From NCBI GenBank assembly GCA_001784175.1, contig MFPR01000006.1:186001-250000 (forward strand): 64,000 bases of DNA, given 5' to 3'. Each line of letters opens with the position of its first letter. Position 1 is the stretch's first letter. Below, in pieces: positions 29,005 to 38,198 of this stretch. The position numbers and the translations under genes were made by a program. The DNA is from Candidatus Lindowbacteria bacterium RIFCSPLOWO2_12_FULL_62_27 (GTDB lineage: Bacteria > Lindowbacteria > 2-12-FULL-62-27). The notes under the pieces were generated by a model, which saw only the letters and a program-made list of their open reading frames with translations, did no database searches and was not told the DNA's origin.

Positions 29005-31764
29005 GGGGTCTTGAACTTCAACGGCGTTCGTCCCGGCGGCCTTCAGGTCCCCCCAGCGCAGCCGGGCGCAAGGGATGCCCCGGGGCGCCGGGGCGGTCAG
29101 GGCCAGCAGCGCGCCGTGGAACCGGATCGATCGATCCGTCGCCGCCGGCGACCATGTGTGGATGAGCCGAATGCGCCGGCCGCGGAGGGTCGTCGTGTAG
29201 ACCATCGAGGGGGCCTGACCCATGGTCGCCGGCAGGCGCGGTATCGGCTGAATCTCGATGCCTTCGTAAGTAACTTTCAGCCCGACGATCTCCTCGACGA
29301 GGAGCCTCGAAAAAATGGCTGCGGAATTGGTGTGAAAATCGTTCATGCTCGCGCCGTCGTTTTTGGGGCCGATCCCCCATGAATTCGGAATATAATTGAT
29401 CCCGCGGTTCTGCCGCGCATGGAGGGCGCGGTTGATGGGAAGCGTCTTGTCGACAAACTCGTTGGCCTGCTCCCATCGGCCGATTTTGTAGAGCGCGTCG
29501 CACAGAAACATCCCGGCATGGACATAGGGGCTGGCGTTTTCGGCGCCGTCGAGATTGCCGATCCGGCCGATCCGCAGTTCCTTCGAAAACCGGTTGAAGG
29601 GGACGCTGAAGGTTTTGAATCCATAGGGCGAATCGAGCGCGCGCGCGTCCCGGCCGATCGCTTGCTCGAGACGGTCCGCATGCCCGCCGGTGGACCGGTG
29701 CCTCAGAATTCCGCTCAACACCGCAAACGCCAGCGGCGTGGCGCTCACGCGATTCGCCAGAAACAATCGCCGGGCGGACTCGGGCAGCCGCCGTAGTCTC
29801 CGGCAGGCCGGGTCGATCCAGCGCCGGTGCAGCTTGTAAAGCGTGCGGCCCTCGGCATCCCGAAACGGCGACGCGATCTCCGTCTTCACGCGGCCGCCCA
29901 GCGCCCGGGCGAGTTCCCGTTCCGTCACCACGCCGTCCGAATCCCAGAATCCCCCGACCGTCCGGCCCTCCGGCGTGTAGCCGTGGATGATCCGAACGCA
30001 ACCGTCCGGAGACATCTGAACGAGGCGCCGGATAAACGCGCGATGCAAATCGTTCTGGAGGCGGCGGTAGGATGCGGTTTTTTTCGAGAGGCGTTTCCCC
30101 ACCGAGGTTCTGCGAACAGCATCAGGAAGATGCCGGTGGAGTTCCTCCATCGCGCCGAGCGCCTGATAGAGCTGTTCGAGGACCATCGTGCTGTTTTGAA
30201 TGAGCCCGATGGCGTCGTTCCAGTCACCGTCGCGGATGTTCACGAGCCCGCTTCGGGGATCACGGTTCGACACGACGTGGTCGACGTTTTCGATCAGGTG
30301 GTCGAGGACCGTGCTGTTCCTGGGAGAATCCTCGACGCGGCCCGTCCGGCGCGCCGGGTCCCAGTCGCGCAGCCTCTTGTATCCGGCGCGTTCCGTCAGA
30401 ACGTCAAAATCTCCCGTGCATTTCAAATAATGAGGGATCAACATCGTCGACAGCCACAGGCCCGAATCCATGAAGTATCTCAGATCGTACGCGCCGTCGA
30501 ATGAATACTGCCGCGGAAACCGGCCGTCCTCGAACTGTTGGCCCGAAAGCTCCAAAATCATGCGCCGGCCGGTGGCGGCATCAAAATCGACCGCGGCCGC
30601 CCCCGCCTGCGCCTTGTCCCGGACGCCCAGGAGATAATTCCAAAATAGGCGAAACCGGCTTCTGATCCTCGCGCAACCGCTCACCTGCTGTTTAAGCCAC
30701 GCGTGGGAGCAACTGAAGGCGCGGCTCGGCGCATCCAGCCTGGCGCCGCCGTACAATCGCCCCGCGCGGCGTTCCGATTTGGCGATGTTTCGATCGACTT
30801 CGCCCGCCGTCAGCCCCCGGTTGAGATGGCGTTGTGCGCCCGCCGGCGACGGAAACGCCCGCACGGCGTAATGCAGATCGGCCGATCGGCCCGGCCCAAG
30901 AACCATCTGGTCCTCCGTGTGCGCGCAGGCCGGCGCAACGAATCCGGAATGGGCCTGCCGCACGATTTCCCCCGGCCCGACGGCCGCCGGATGCGCGGCG
31001 CTCCGGTCCATGCCGCCGTAATAGGCGAGGGTCGACGTATTGTCGCAGTGCCGGCTGCCTCGAGGGAAACAATACCGGATGGCGCAGGCAATTCCCTCTT
31101 CCGTCGACCGGATCAGAATTCCCTTTCCGGGGACAGCCCATCCTTCGTGCCACCAGGGACTTTCGGCGTTGAACGAGAACCCGCGAGTAAGCAGGGGAAG
31201 GAAGAAAGAAATCAGGCTCACGCGGATCGGCCGCCCGGAAATATTCTGCGCGCCGGCCGACAGCAGGAGTTCCTCGCCATGAAGTCCGAACCGCAGACCG
31301 ACCCGGACCGCGGGCTTGCCGGCGAATCCGAGTTCCCGCGCGTGCCAGGCAAGACCGGTTGGCGTAAACACGGAAATGTTTCTGAGCGTCGCGCGGTCCA
31401 TCTGCGCCGTTCGAGGATAAAGGATCGGACCGGACAGGAGGCCGCGCGGCGTTCGGCCGGCGGACTCGATCCGAACGTGAAAATTGACCGGCGGATCCTC
31501 GCGGACCTGCGTGTCCCAGGGCGACGTCTCCTGAAAGACCGTCACGCCGTCCAGTGTATTGAACCGAACGCGCTCGCCGGTGAAAATCACGTAACTGGGA
31601 GTTTGGGGATCGTAATGAACGACGCGGCTGTCCGCAAGCGGCGCGCCCGAAGACCGGTCCACGATCAGCTCGCCGGTCGGCCCGAAATGGTGATGGCTGT
31701 CCACGCGCGCACAGTTCTTGAGCGCGAGGTAATCGCCAATGGTTTCCCAGAATGCAGTTCTCAC
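28990..31764 (-). CDS. GH94-like glycoside phosphorylase (cellobiose/chitobiose phosphorylase family)
   Basis: GVRDKAQ, DSGLWL, DGDWNDAIG catalytic motif, GAENASPYVHAG. Confidence 0.8.
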   Translation of the reverse strand: MRTAFWETIGDYLALKNCARVDSHHHFGPTGELIVDRSSGAPLADSRVVHYDPQTPSYVIFTGERVRFNTLDGVTVFQETSPWDTQVREDPPVNFHVRIESAGRTPRGLLSGPILYPRTAQMDRATLRNISVFTPTGLAWHARELGFAGKPAVRVGLRFGLHGEELLLSAGAQNISGRPIRVSLISFFLPLLTRGFSFNAESPWWHEGWAVPGKGILIRSTEEGIACAIRYCFPRGSRHCDNTSTLAYYGGMDRSAAHPAAVGPGEIVRQAHSGFVAPACAHTEDQMVLGPGRSADLHYAVRAFPSPAGAQRHLNRGLTAGEVDRNIAKSERRAGRLYGGARLDAPSRAFSCSHAWLKQQVSGCARIRSRFRLFWNYLLGVRDKAQAGAAAVDFDAATGRRMILELSGQQFEDGRFPRQYSFDGAYDLRYFMDSGLWLSTMLIPHYLKCTGDFDVLTERAGYKRLRDWDPARRTGRVEDSPRNSTVLDHLIENVDHVVSNRDPRSGLVNIRDGDWNDAIGLIQNSTMVLEQLYQALGAMEELHRHLPDAVRRTSVGKRLSKKTASYRRLQNDLHRAFIRRLVQMSPDGCVRIIHGYTPEGRTVGGFWDSDGVVTERELARALGGRVKTEIASPFRDAEGRTLYKLHRRWIDPACRRLRRLPESARRLFLANRVSATPLAFAVLSGILRHRSTGGHADRLEQAIGRDARALDSPYGFKTFSVPFNRFSKELRIGRIGNLDGAENASPYVHAGMFLCDALYKIGRWEQANEFVDKTLPINRALHARQNRGINYIPNSWGIGPKNDGASMNDFHTNSAAIFSRLLVEEIVGLKVTYEGIEIQPIPRLPATMGQAPSMVYTTTLRGRRIRLIHTWSPAATDRSIRFHGALLALTAPAPRGIPCARLRWGDLKAAGTNAVEVQDPLPVS

Positions 31765-32147
31765 TTCCTCCCCCCTTGTGGGGGAGGATCGAGGTGGGGG
31801 GTTACAGGGGTTACTGTGGTTACTGTATTGAAAATCATCTCCATCACCGCCTCTGTTTCCCGCATGACCTGATCATTCCAGACGCGGATTACCCGAAACC
31901 CCTGCGATTCGAGCCATCGGTCTCTGGCCTCGTCGTATTCGGTCTGCTCTGCGTGCTGTCCGCCATCCAGTTCGACGATCAGCCTTTTTTCAAAACAAAC
32001 GAAGTCCACGATGTAATTCCCGATCGGCGCCTGTCTCCGGAATTTTTGGCCTTCGATCTGCTTCAGACGCAGGCGGCGCCACAGCAATTTCTCGGCGTCT
32101 GTCAGGGTCTGGCGCAGTTCTCTGGCTCTGAAAACATTCTTCTTCAA
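31761..32147 (-). CDS. DUF559 / Vsr-like endonuclease domain protein
   Basis: ARELRQTLTDAEKLLWRRLR, KFRRQAPIGNYIVDF, IVELDGGQH, RDRWLESQGFRVIRVWN. Confidence 0.93.
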   Translation of the reverse strand: MKKNVFRARELRQTLTDAEKLLWRRLRLKQIEGQKFRRQAPIGNYIVDFVCFEKRLIVELDGGQHAEQTEYDEARDRWLESQGFRVIRVWNDQVMRETEAVMEMIFNTVTTVTPVTPHLDPPPQGGRK

Positions 32148-32200
32148 AACACCGACCCCCCATCCCAGCCTTCCCCCACAAGGGGGGAAGGGGGGAGAAC
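31761..32200. mobile_element. Putative DUF559-nuclease mini-element bounded by inverted palindromic repeats
   Basis: Left arm 31761-31801 and right arm 32156-32195 face each other around a single nuclease ORF; same arm layout as the gene-less doublets at 54088 and 60300. Confidence 0.6.
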
Positions 32201-32217
32201 ACAGTGAAAAGAGAGCG

Positions 32218-33969
32218 CTACCGCGTCCAATCGATTCGATTCACGTTTTTCAGAAGAATCGCGCCGGTGCCCAGGGAGGCGGTGAAGGCCAGGAGGCCTC
32301 CCGCATACCGGCCGATGCACAGCCAGCCGACGCCGAAGAGCGCGAGGTACACGGTGACTACGCCGAGCGCCCAGCTCCAGATCCGGAGGCGGTCGATGCC
32401 GCTGCCCTGAATGTCCGGGCATAATCGCCGGATCGGACCCCAGGCGCCGCCCGGGCGGACGCGGCGGTAGAACTCGACCATGTGCTCCTGCGGCACCGGT
32501 TTCGTGGCGAACGTGACGATAACCCAGACCACGGTGGAGACGCCCATGATGATCATGAAGCGCGCCGGATACAGGTGATCGCCGTCCATGAAGCCGGTCA
32601 GCCGGAACGTATTGGACAGGATGAGAGACGTTGCGAGGGCCGAGATTTCCGACCAGGCGTTGATCCGCCACCAGTACCATCGCAGGACGCCCAGAACGGC
32701 CGCGCCCGATGCGATTTCGCTCAGATACAGCCACGCGCCCACGATCGAGTCCATCTGCCACGCCATCACGCCGCCCAAGACCGTCATCGCCACCACGAAA
32801 AACTGCGACACGATCACGTAGTGCCGGTCGGTCGCGGCCGTTTTGATGAATCGCCGGTAGACATCGTTCATCAGGTACGACGCGCCCCAGTTCAGGTGCG
32901 TGGTGATGGTCGACATGAAGGCCGCGAGGAGCGACGCGACCATGATGCCGATCATGCCGACCGGGAGAAACTTGATCATCATCTTGGGATACGCCAGCTC
33001 CGGGTCGGGCAGGTCGGCGAAATAGACGATGGAGGCGAGCCCCACGACGATCCAGGGCCACGTTCGGACCACGAAATGCGCGATCGTGAACCACAAGAGC
33101 GCCAGCACGGCATGCCGCTCGTTCGCGGTGGCGAACAGCCTCTGCGCCAGAAAGCCGCCGCCCTGGCCGCCCCCCCACCACTGGATGAGGATGAAAAACA
33201 AAAACGTGTAGAGCGCCATATCGCCGGTCGCGAAGTTCGGCAGGAAATTGAACACTTGATCCGCCGGCGCCAGGGGCGACGAAAGAACGGCGCCGGCGTT
33301 CGACGACAGCGCCGCCTGAACCTTCCCGGCCAGCGCCGCGGGGCCGCCGGCGTCGGCCAACACGAAAATCATGAGTGAGATCGAACCGAACATGGCGAGC
33401 GCGAACTGGAAGAAATCGGTGACGACCACGCCCCAGAGGCCGGACATGACCGTGTAGATGAAACTGACGCCGACCAGGAGTGGGATCGCGACGGCCTTGC
33501 TCCAGCCGAACGTCTCGACCGAAATCTTCTGCATGCCGAGGATGACCCAGCCCATCGTGATGCCGTTGGCCAGGATCGACAGGTACAGCGCCTGAAACAG
33601 GCGCAAAATCGCCGCCGGCCGGCCCGCGTATCTCAGCTCGATGAACTCCACGTCCGTCATCAGGCGCGACCGCTGCCACAGCGGCGCGAAGAAAAACATG
33701 CAGAGCATGAATCCCATCACGCCGCACCACCAGTACCAGTTGCCCTGAAATCCCTGGGTCCGGACGATCCGCGCGATCGCCAGGGGCGTGTCGGCCGCGA
33801 AGGAGGTCGCGACGATCGATGTGCCGGCCAGCCACCAGGTGAGCTTGCGGCCGGCCACGAAATACTCGACGACGTTGGCGGTGCCGCGCCGGGCGAAGTA
33901 CAGGCCGAGGCCAAGCGTGATCACCATGTAAAAGGCGATGATCGACCAGTCGATCCAGCCGAGGATCAT
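32218..33969 (-). CDS. Sodium:solute symporter (SSS) family transporter
   Basis: EYFVAGRKLTWWLAGTSIVATSFAADTPL, AQRLFA, LLAAFMST; many TMs. Confidence 0.93.
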   Translation of the reverse strand: MILGWIDWSIIAFYMVITLGLGLYFARRGTANVVEYFVAGRKLTWWLAGTSIVATSFAADTPLAIARIVRTQGFQGNWYWWCGVMGFMLCMFFFAPLWQRSRLMTDVEFIELRYAGRPAAILRLFQALYLSILANGITMGWVILGMQKISVETFGWSKAVAIPLLVGVSFIYTVMSGLWGVVVTDFFQFALAMFGSISLMIFVLADAGGPAALAGKVQAALSSNAGAVLSSPLAPADQVFNFLPNFATGDMALYTFLFFILIQWWGGGQGGGFLAQRLFATANERHAVLALLWFTIAHFVVRTWPWIVVGLASIVYFADLPDPELAYPKMMIKFLPVGMIGIMVASLLAAFMSTITTHLNWGASYLMNDVYRRFIKTAATDRHYVIVSQFFVVAMTVLGGVMAWQMDSIVGAWLYLSEIASGAAVLGVLRWYWWRINAWSEISALATSLILSNTFRLTGFMDGDHLYPARFMIIMGVSTVVWVIVTFATKPVPQEHMVEFYRRVRPGGAWGPIRRLCPDIQGSGIDRLRIWSWALGVVTVYLALFGVGWLCIGRYAGGLLAFTASLGTGAILLKNVNRIDWTR

Positions 33970-33979
33970 GGACTGGGCC

Positions 33980-34882
33980 TCATGCGATCAACGACGCCAC
34001 GATGTCGTCCGCCTTGGTCAACTCGGCGTCGACATTGTCGAACACCGTGTTGATGTCCGATTGGACGATGTTCAGAATCTTCATGGCGTTCAGAGACAAT
34101 TTCGGCGTCCCGGCCTCGCCCGACGCGCCGAACCGGATCTTGCGGGCCACGTGATCCCCCACGTGGACCAGGGCGGCGAGGGTCTGGTTCAGCTCGGCCA
34201 GTTGCGGGTGGGGATAGTACCGGATGCTTTCTTCAAGATGAAGCGGCAATTTCCATTTTCGGGCCAGGAGCGCCCCGGCCTCGCAGTGGTCCAGCCCGAG
34301 AACGGCCCGCTCGGTCTCCGCCAGCGTCTTTTTTTCCTTCTTCGCCTTCTGGATGGCCTGGACAAACCGGTCGTGCAGGTACTGGTCGAACACGAGCTTG
34401 CCGATCCCGTGCAGAATGCCGGCCACGAGGCACTCCTCCGGCAGCGGATACTTGATCCGCGTGCCGACCATGTTGGCGATCACGCCCGTGCCGATCGAAT
34501 GCTTCCAGAACTCGATCAGGTCGAATTCCTTTTCCTTCCCGCCCTCCAGGCCGAAGAGCCGGACGACCGAAGCCGACAGCGCCAGGCTTTTGACGGCGTT
34601 GAACCCGAGGATCACGACGCCCTGGCTCACGGTCGAGATCTGCCGGGGGAATCCGTAGTAGGAGGAATTGACGATCTTGAGGATGCGGGCGGTCAGCGAC
34701 TGGTCCAGGCTGATCTGGCGGGTCAGCTCCTGCACGTTGCTCTTCGGATTCTCCATGACTTCGAGAATCCGCGCAATCACCGCGGGGAGCGTCGGGACTT
34801 TTTCTATGCACTGAATGATTTGCGTGACCGCCTCCGGCGCTCCGCCGCTGGTCCCTTCGGTTGTCGCTGCCGAATCAGCCAT
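33980..34882 (-). CDS. Stand-alone HDOD domain protein
   Basis: VPTLP, DQSLTARILKIVNSSYYG, FWKHS, AGILHGIGK, DHCEAG, KWKLP. Confidence 0.92.
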   Translation of the reverse strand: MADSAATTEGTSGGAPEAVTQIIQCIEKVPTLPAVIARILEVMENPKSNVQELTRQISLDQSLTARILKIVNSSYYGFPRQISTVSQGVVILGFNAVKSLALSASVVRLFGLEGGKEKEFDLIEFWKHSIGTGVIANMVGTRIKYPLPEECLVAGILHGIGKLVFDQYLHDRFVQAIQKAKKEKKTLAETERAVLGLDHCEAGALLARKWKLPLHLEESIRYYPHPQLAELNQTLAALVHVGDHVARKIRFGASGEAGTPKLSLNAMKILNIVQSDINTVFDNVDAELTKADDIVASLIA

Positions 34883-34891
34883 AGACCGGTG

Positions 34892-34953
34892 ACGCTATAT
34901 TAATATGGAGGAGAAGTAAACCTGTTTTTTATGACCTTGGGGTAAGGTACACT
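34892..34953. promoter_or_regulatory. Divergent promoter region (minus strand TTTACT-N17-TAGCGT; plus strand -10 TACACT)
   Basis: AT-rich 80-bp gap between divergent genes; both -10 boxes lie 9 nt from their ATG. Confidence 0.45.
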
Positions 34954-34962
34954 CTCGCCGAC

Positions 34963-36117
34963 ATGAACCTCAACGTTCTTGTGGTGGACGACGAAGCGGA
35001 TGTGTGCGAGGTCCTGAAAGACGGCCTGAAGGTGCACGGGATCGGCGTCACGATCGCCCGCGACGGCAAGGAGGCCGTTCTTCAGGCGCTCGTCAAGGCG
35101 CCGGACGCCGTGCTCATGGACATCCTTATGCCCGGGCTGGCCGGACTCGACGCGCTCGGCCTGTTCAAAATCATCGAGCCGATCCGGACCGTGCCGGTGA
35201 TCATGCTGACGGCGTTGAAGAGCAAGGAAGACATTCTGAACGCCATGCGGGCCGGTGCGGCGGATTACATCGGAAAGCCGTTCGACATCGCCGACACGGT
35301 GACCCGCCTCCGGCGGGTCGTGGCCCGGCCCGCGCCCATGACATTTCCCGTGTTCCGATATCTGTCGTATCGCGCGGGATCGGACGGCCGGGGCCTGCGG
35401 CTGGAACTCGAAGGGGATTTCTCAGAAGACGCGGCGGAGGATCTGGAGGTCCTGATCCGGGCGCTGTTGCCGCTGCAGCCGGTCCGGATCGACCTCGATT
35501 TCGAGAAAGTTCCGAACATCGGCGACCGGCTGGTTCCGAATCTCGTCGCGGTCCGGGACATGGCGGCGGCCCGGGGCGGTAAAGTTCTGGTCGCGAATCT
35601 CGATCCCAAAAAATACCGCGCCGCGGCCGTGTCCCCCATCCGAAACATCTTTCCGGCCGTCCCGGCGCCGCCGGAAGAACCTGTGCGGTCCACACGGGCC
35701 TCGAAAAAAGTGGACGCCGTCGCAAAAGACATCGACGAACAGATGTCCCAGGTCCTTTCGCGCCTCCCCGGACTCCGCTTCGATTTCAAGCTGCGGAACG
35801 AACTGTCCGTGCTCGAGCTTCAGGGACAACTGACCGGGGACACCAGGAGCGAAGTCGAGAAGGCGTTCCAGGCCGTCACGGAGGCCCACGCGCACGTGAT
35901 GGTCGTCATCGAGAAGGCTTCCCAGTTCGACGCGCGCGGCATGCTGCACTTGGTGGAAAAAATCACGGACACGAAAAACCGGGAGGGACTGAAAGTCTAC
36001 GTCGTTTGCCGCAATCAGGAGCTGCAGGTGGCCTACCGGAACGCCCGTGGGCATCTGGTGGCCGGCATCTACGACGATCGCGACAAGGCGCTGTCGTCGT
36101 TCCGGGCGTCCGGGTGA
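34963..36117 (+). CDS. Response regulator REC + two STAS-like domains (paralog 2)
   Basis: VVDDE...LMDILMPG...GKPF; LELEGDF...LDFEKVPNI and LELQGQL...IEKASQFDARG. Confidence 0.8.
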   Translation: MNLNVLVVDDEADVCEVLKDGLKVHGIGVTIARDGKEAVLQALVKAPDAVLMDILMPGLAGLDALGLFKIIEPIRTVPVIMLTALKSKEDILNAMRAGAADYIGKPFDIADTVTRLRRVVARPAPMTFPVFRYLSYRAGSDGRGLRLELEGDFSEDAAEDLEVLIRALLPLQPVRIDLDFEKVPNIGDRLVPNLVAVRDMAAARGGKVLVANLDPKKYRAAAVSPIRNIFPAVPAPPEEPVRSTRASKKVDAVAKDIDEQMSQVLSRLPGLRFDFKLRNELSVLELQGQLTGDTRSEVEKAFQAVTEAHAHVMVVIEKASQFDARGMLHLVEKITDTKNREGLKVYVVCRNQELQVAYRNARGHLVAGIYDDRDKALSSFRASG

Positions 36118-36141
36118 TCCCATGATCCTTGATACGGGAAT

Positions 36142-36170
36142 TTGACACCCGGCCAATCTTCGTTTACTAT
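36142..36170 (+). promoter_or_regulatory. Sigma70-type promoter TTGACA-N17-TACTAT
   Basis: Near-consensus; ATG 36177 is only 6 nt after the -10 box. Confidence 0.75.
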
Positions 36171-36176
36171 TGAGCC

Positions 36177-36563
36177 ATGAGTAAATCCGTCAACGTCCTT
36201 GTGGTGGATGACGACCGGGCCGTCTGCGACGTGATCCGCCGGACGCTCGAGGCGTCGTTCAAGCCGGTGTCGGTCAAGGTGGTCTATGACGGGGTGAGCG
36301 CGGTGGAGTCCCTGGACGAATCGCTCGATCTCATTGTCCTCGACCTCGGATTGCCCCAGCTTCGAGGGGAGGGCGTTTCGCTCGCGAACGAATTGAAAGG
36401 CGCGAACGCTCCCATCCTGATCATCACCGGCGAGCCGAATCCGGACCTTGAGTTCATGGGCGACATCAACGTCATGGGCATTCTGAAAAAACCGTTCGAC
36501 CTGAACGACCTCGTCAAAGCCTCAAAGACCATCCTGTCCGGCCGGGAATATTCCGGGAACTGA
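36177..36563 (+). CDS. Single-domain response regulator
   Basis: VVDDD, VLDLGLP, IITG, KKPF. Confidence 0.9.
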   Translation: MSKSVNVLVVDDDRAVCDVIRRTLEASFKPVSVKVVYDGVSAVESLDESLDLIVLDLGLPQLRGEGVSLANELKGANAPILIITGEPNPDLEFMGDINVMGILKKPFDLNDLVKASKTILSGREYSGN

Positions 36564-36575
36564 CGCCGCTTGGGG

Positions 36576-38192
36576 ATGGGCATGGAATCCGATACGATCG
36601 CCCAGGGCGAGGAACGATTTCAGAATCTCCTTCAGGCGATCCCCGACATCATCTACAAGATCGATCCGGCCGGCCGCTTCGTGTTCGTCAACGACTCCAT
36701 CCGGAGGCTCGGCTATGAGCCGGCGGACCTGATCGGAAAACATTTCAGCGAGATCCTCCACCCCGACGACGTGGCCCGGGTCAGCCGGGAGAACGTGCTG
36801 CCGAAACTTTCCGGGAAGCTGACGGGCGACGACCAGGCGCCGAGACTCTTTGACGAGCGCCGGACGAGAATGCGCATGACGAAAAATCTGGAGGTCCGCC
36901 TGCGCCCGAAAAACCGGGCCGACGTCAAGTTCGGCGAGGTCTTCGCGTATGGCGAGATCATCTCCACCGGACAGTTCGACCGCGACATCCGGAACCACAA
37001 CAAGACGTTTCTGGGTACCGTCGGCATCATCCGCGACGTCACGGACCGAAAAACCATGGAGGAAAAGCAGAAACGCCTGCAGGAACAGCTCATCCAGTCC
37101 GAGAAACTGCGGGCCCTCGGCGAAGTCCTCTCCAGCGTCGCGCACGAACTCAACAACCCTCTCACCGCCATCATCGGCTACGCCCAGCTCATGCAGTCCG
37201 CCGAAAACATCGAGTCGTGCCGCTCGGACCTCGACGCGATCCGGCAGGAGGCCAAACGCTGCGCCGACATTGTCCAGAACCTGGTCGCGTTCGCCCGGAA
37301 AAAGGGATTCCGGCGCGAGCCCTGCCGGATCAACCAGCTCATCGCCAATACGCTGAAGTTCCGGTCCTATCAAATGACGGTCGACAGCGTCCGCGTGTCC
37401 GTTTCGATGGATGACCGGATCCCCCAGACGATGGCGGATCCGAACCAGCTCCAGCAGGTCTTTCTGAACATCGTCAACAACGCGCTGGACGCGATGAAAA
37501 AGTCGCAGGTCCGGAGGCTGGAGGTGACCAGTCACCTGGTCGGAGAGATCATCCGGGTTTCGTTTGCGGACAGCGGCTGCGGGATTTCGACGGAGCATCT
37601 GGGCCGGATCTTCGAGCCGTTCTTCACGACCAAAACCGCCTCCGGCGGCACCGGACTCGGCCTCAGCGTCTGCTACGGCATCGTCACCGACCATGGCGGA
37701 AGGATCCGGGCCGAAAGCGAGCCCGAGAAGGGCGCCACGTTTGTCGTGGAACTGCCGGTGGTGGCGCCGCCCCTGTCCTACGAATTCTCGCCGCAGGACG
37801 CGGAGGAACCGCGGAAAGCTCCGCAGGCGGCGGCGGTCCTCGTGGTGGATGATGAACGTTCGTGCCTGGATGTCTTCGAGCGCTATCTCCGGCAGGTGGG
37901 CTGGTCGGTCCAAACGGCCGACACCGTGGGCAAGGCCATCGATCTCCTGGACCGGACGAAATTCTCCTTGATTGTCTCGGACCACAAAATGCCCGGGCGG
38001 GGCGGGGAGGAACTCTATGAGCACGTCGCCCGCCGGCACCCGCGCCTCCTGGACCGGTTCATTCTGGTCTCGGGCGACGTCATCAATCCCGCGTCGCGGC
38101 TGTTCATTGAAAAAAGCCGCGTGCGGGTACTCGAAAAACCGTTCGCGATGGAAAAACTCTCGGACCTGATGTCGGAGGTGCTGGAGGCCTGA
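36576..38192 (+). CDS. PAS-domain hybrid sensor histidine kinase (PAS-HisKA-HATPase-REC)
   Basis: PAS (IPDIIYKID...HPDD), VAHELNNPL, QVFLNIVNNA, DSGCGI, FEPFFTTK, GTGLGL, C-terminal receiver SDHKMPG. Confidence 0.95.
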   Translation: MGMESDTIAQGEERFQNLLQAIPDIIYKIDPAGRFVFVNDSIRRLGYEPADLIGKHFSEILHPDDVARVSRENVLPKLSGKLTGDDQAPRLFDERRTRMRMTKNLEVRLRPKNRADVKFGEVFAYGEIISTGQFDRDIRNHNKTFLGTVGIIRDVTDRKTMEEKQKRLQEQLIQSEKLRALGEVLSSVAHELNNPLTAIIGYAQLMQSAENIESCRSDLDAIRQEAKRCADIVQNLVAFARKKGFRREPCRINQLIANTLKFRSYQMTVDSVRVSVSMDDRIPQTMADPNQLQQVFLNIVNNALDAMKKSQVRRLEVTSHLVGEIIRVSFADSGCGISTEHLGRIFEPFFTTKTASGGTGLGLSVCYGIVTDHGGRIRAESEPEKGATFVVELPVVAPPLSYEFSPQDAEEPRKAPQAAAVLVVDDERSCLDVFERYLRQVGWSVQTADTVGKAIDLLDRTKFSLIVSDHKMPGRGGEELYEHVARRHPRLLDRFILVSGDVINPASRLFIEKSRVRVLEKPFAMEKLSDLMSEVLEA

Positions 38193-38198
38193 ATTCCG

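Noticed and set aside
31761-32147. DUF559 as part of a restriction-modification or Vsr repair locus
   Set aside because: No methyltransferase nearby; the flanking repeats explain its context better
31752-32207. Plus-strand 151-aa ORF spanning the DUF559 element
   Set aside because: Antisense shadow of DUF559; its ends are translations of the repeat arms (PPPLWGR, PSQPSPTRGEG)
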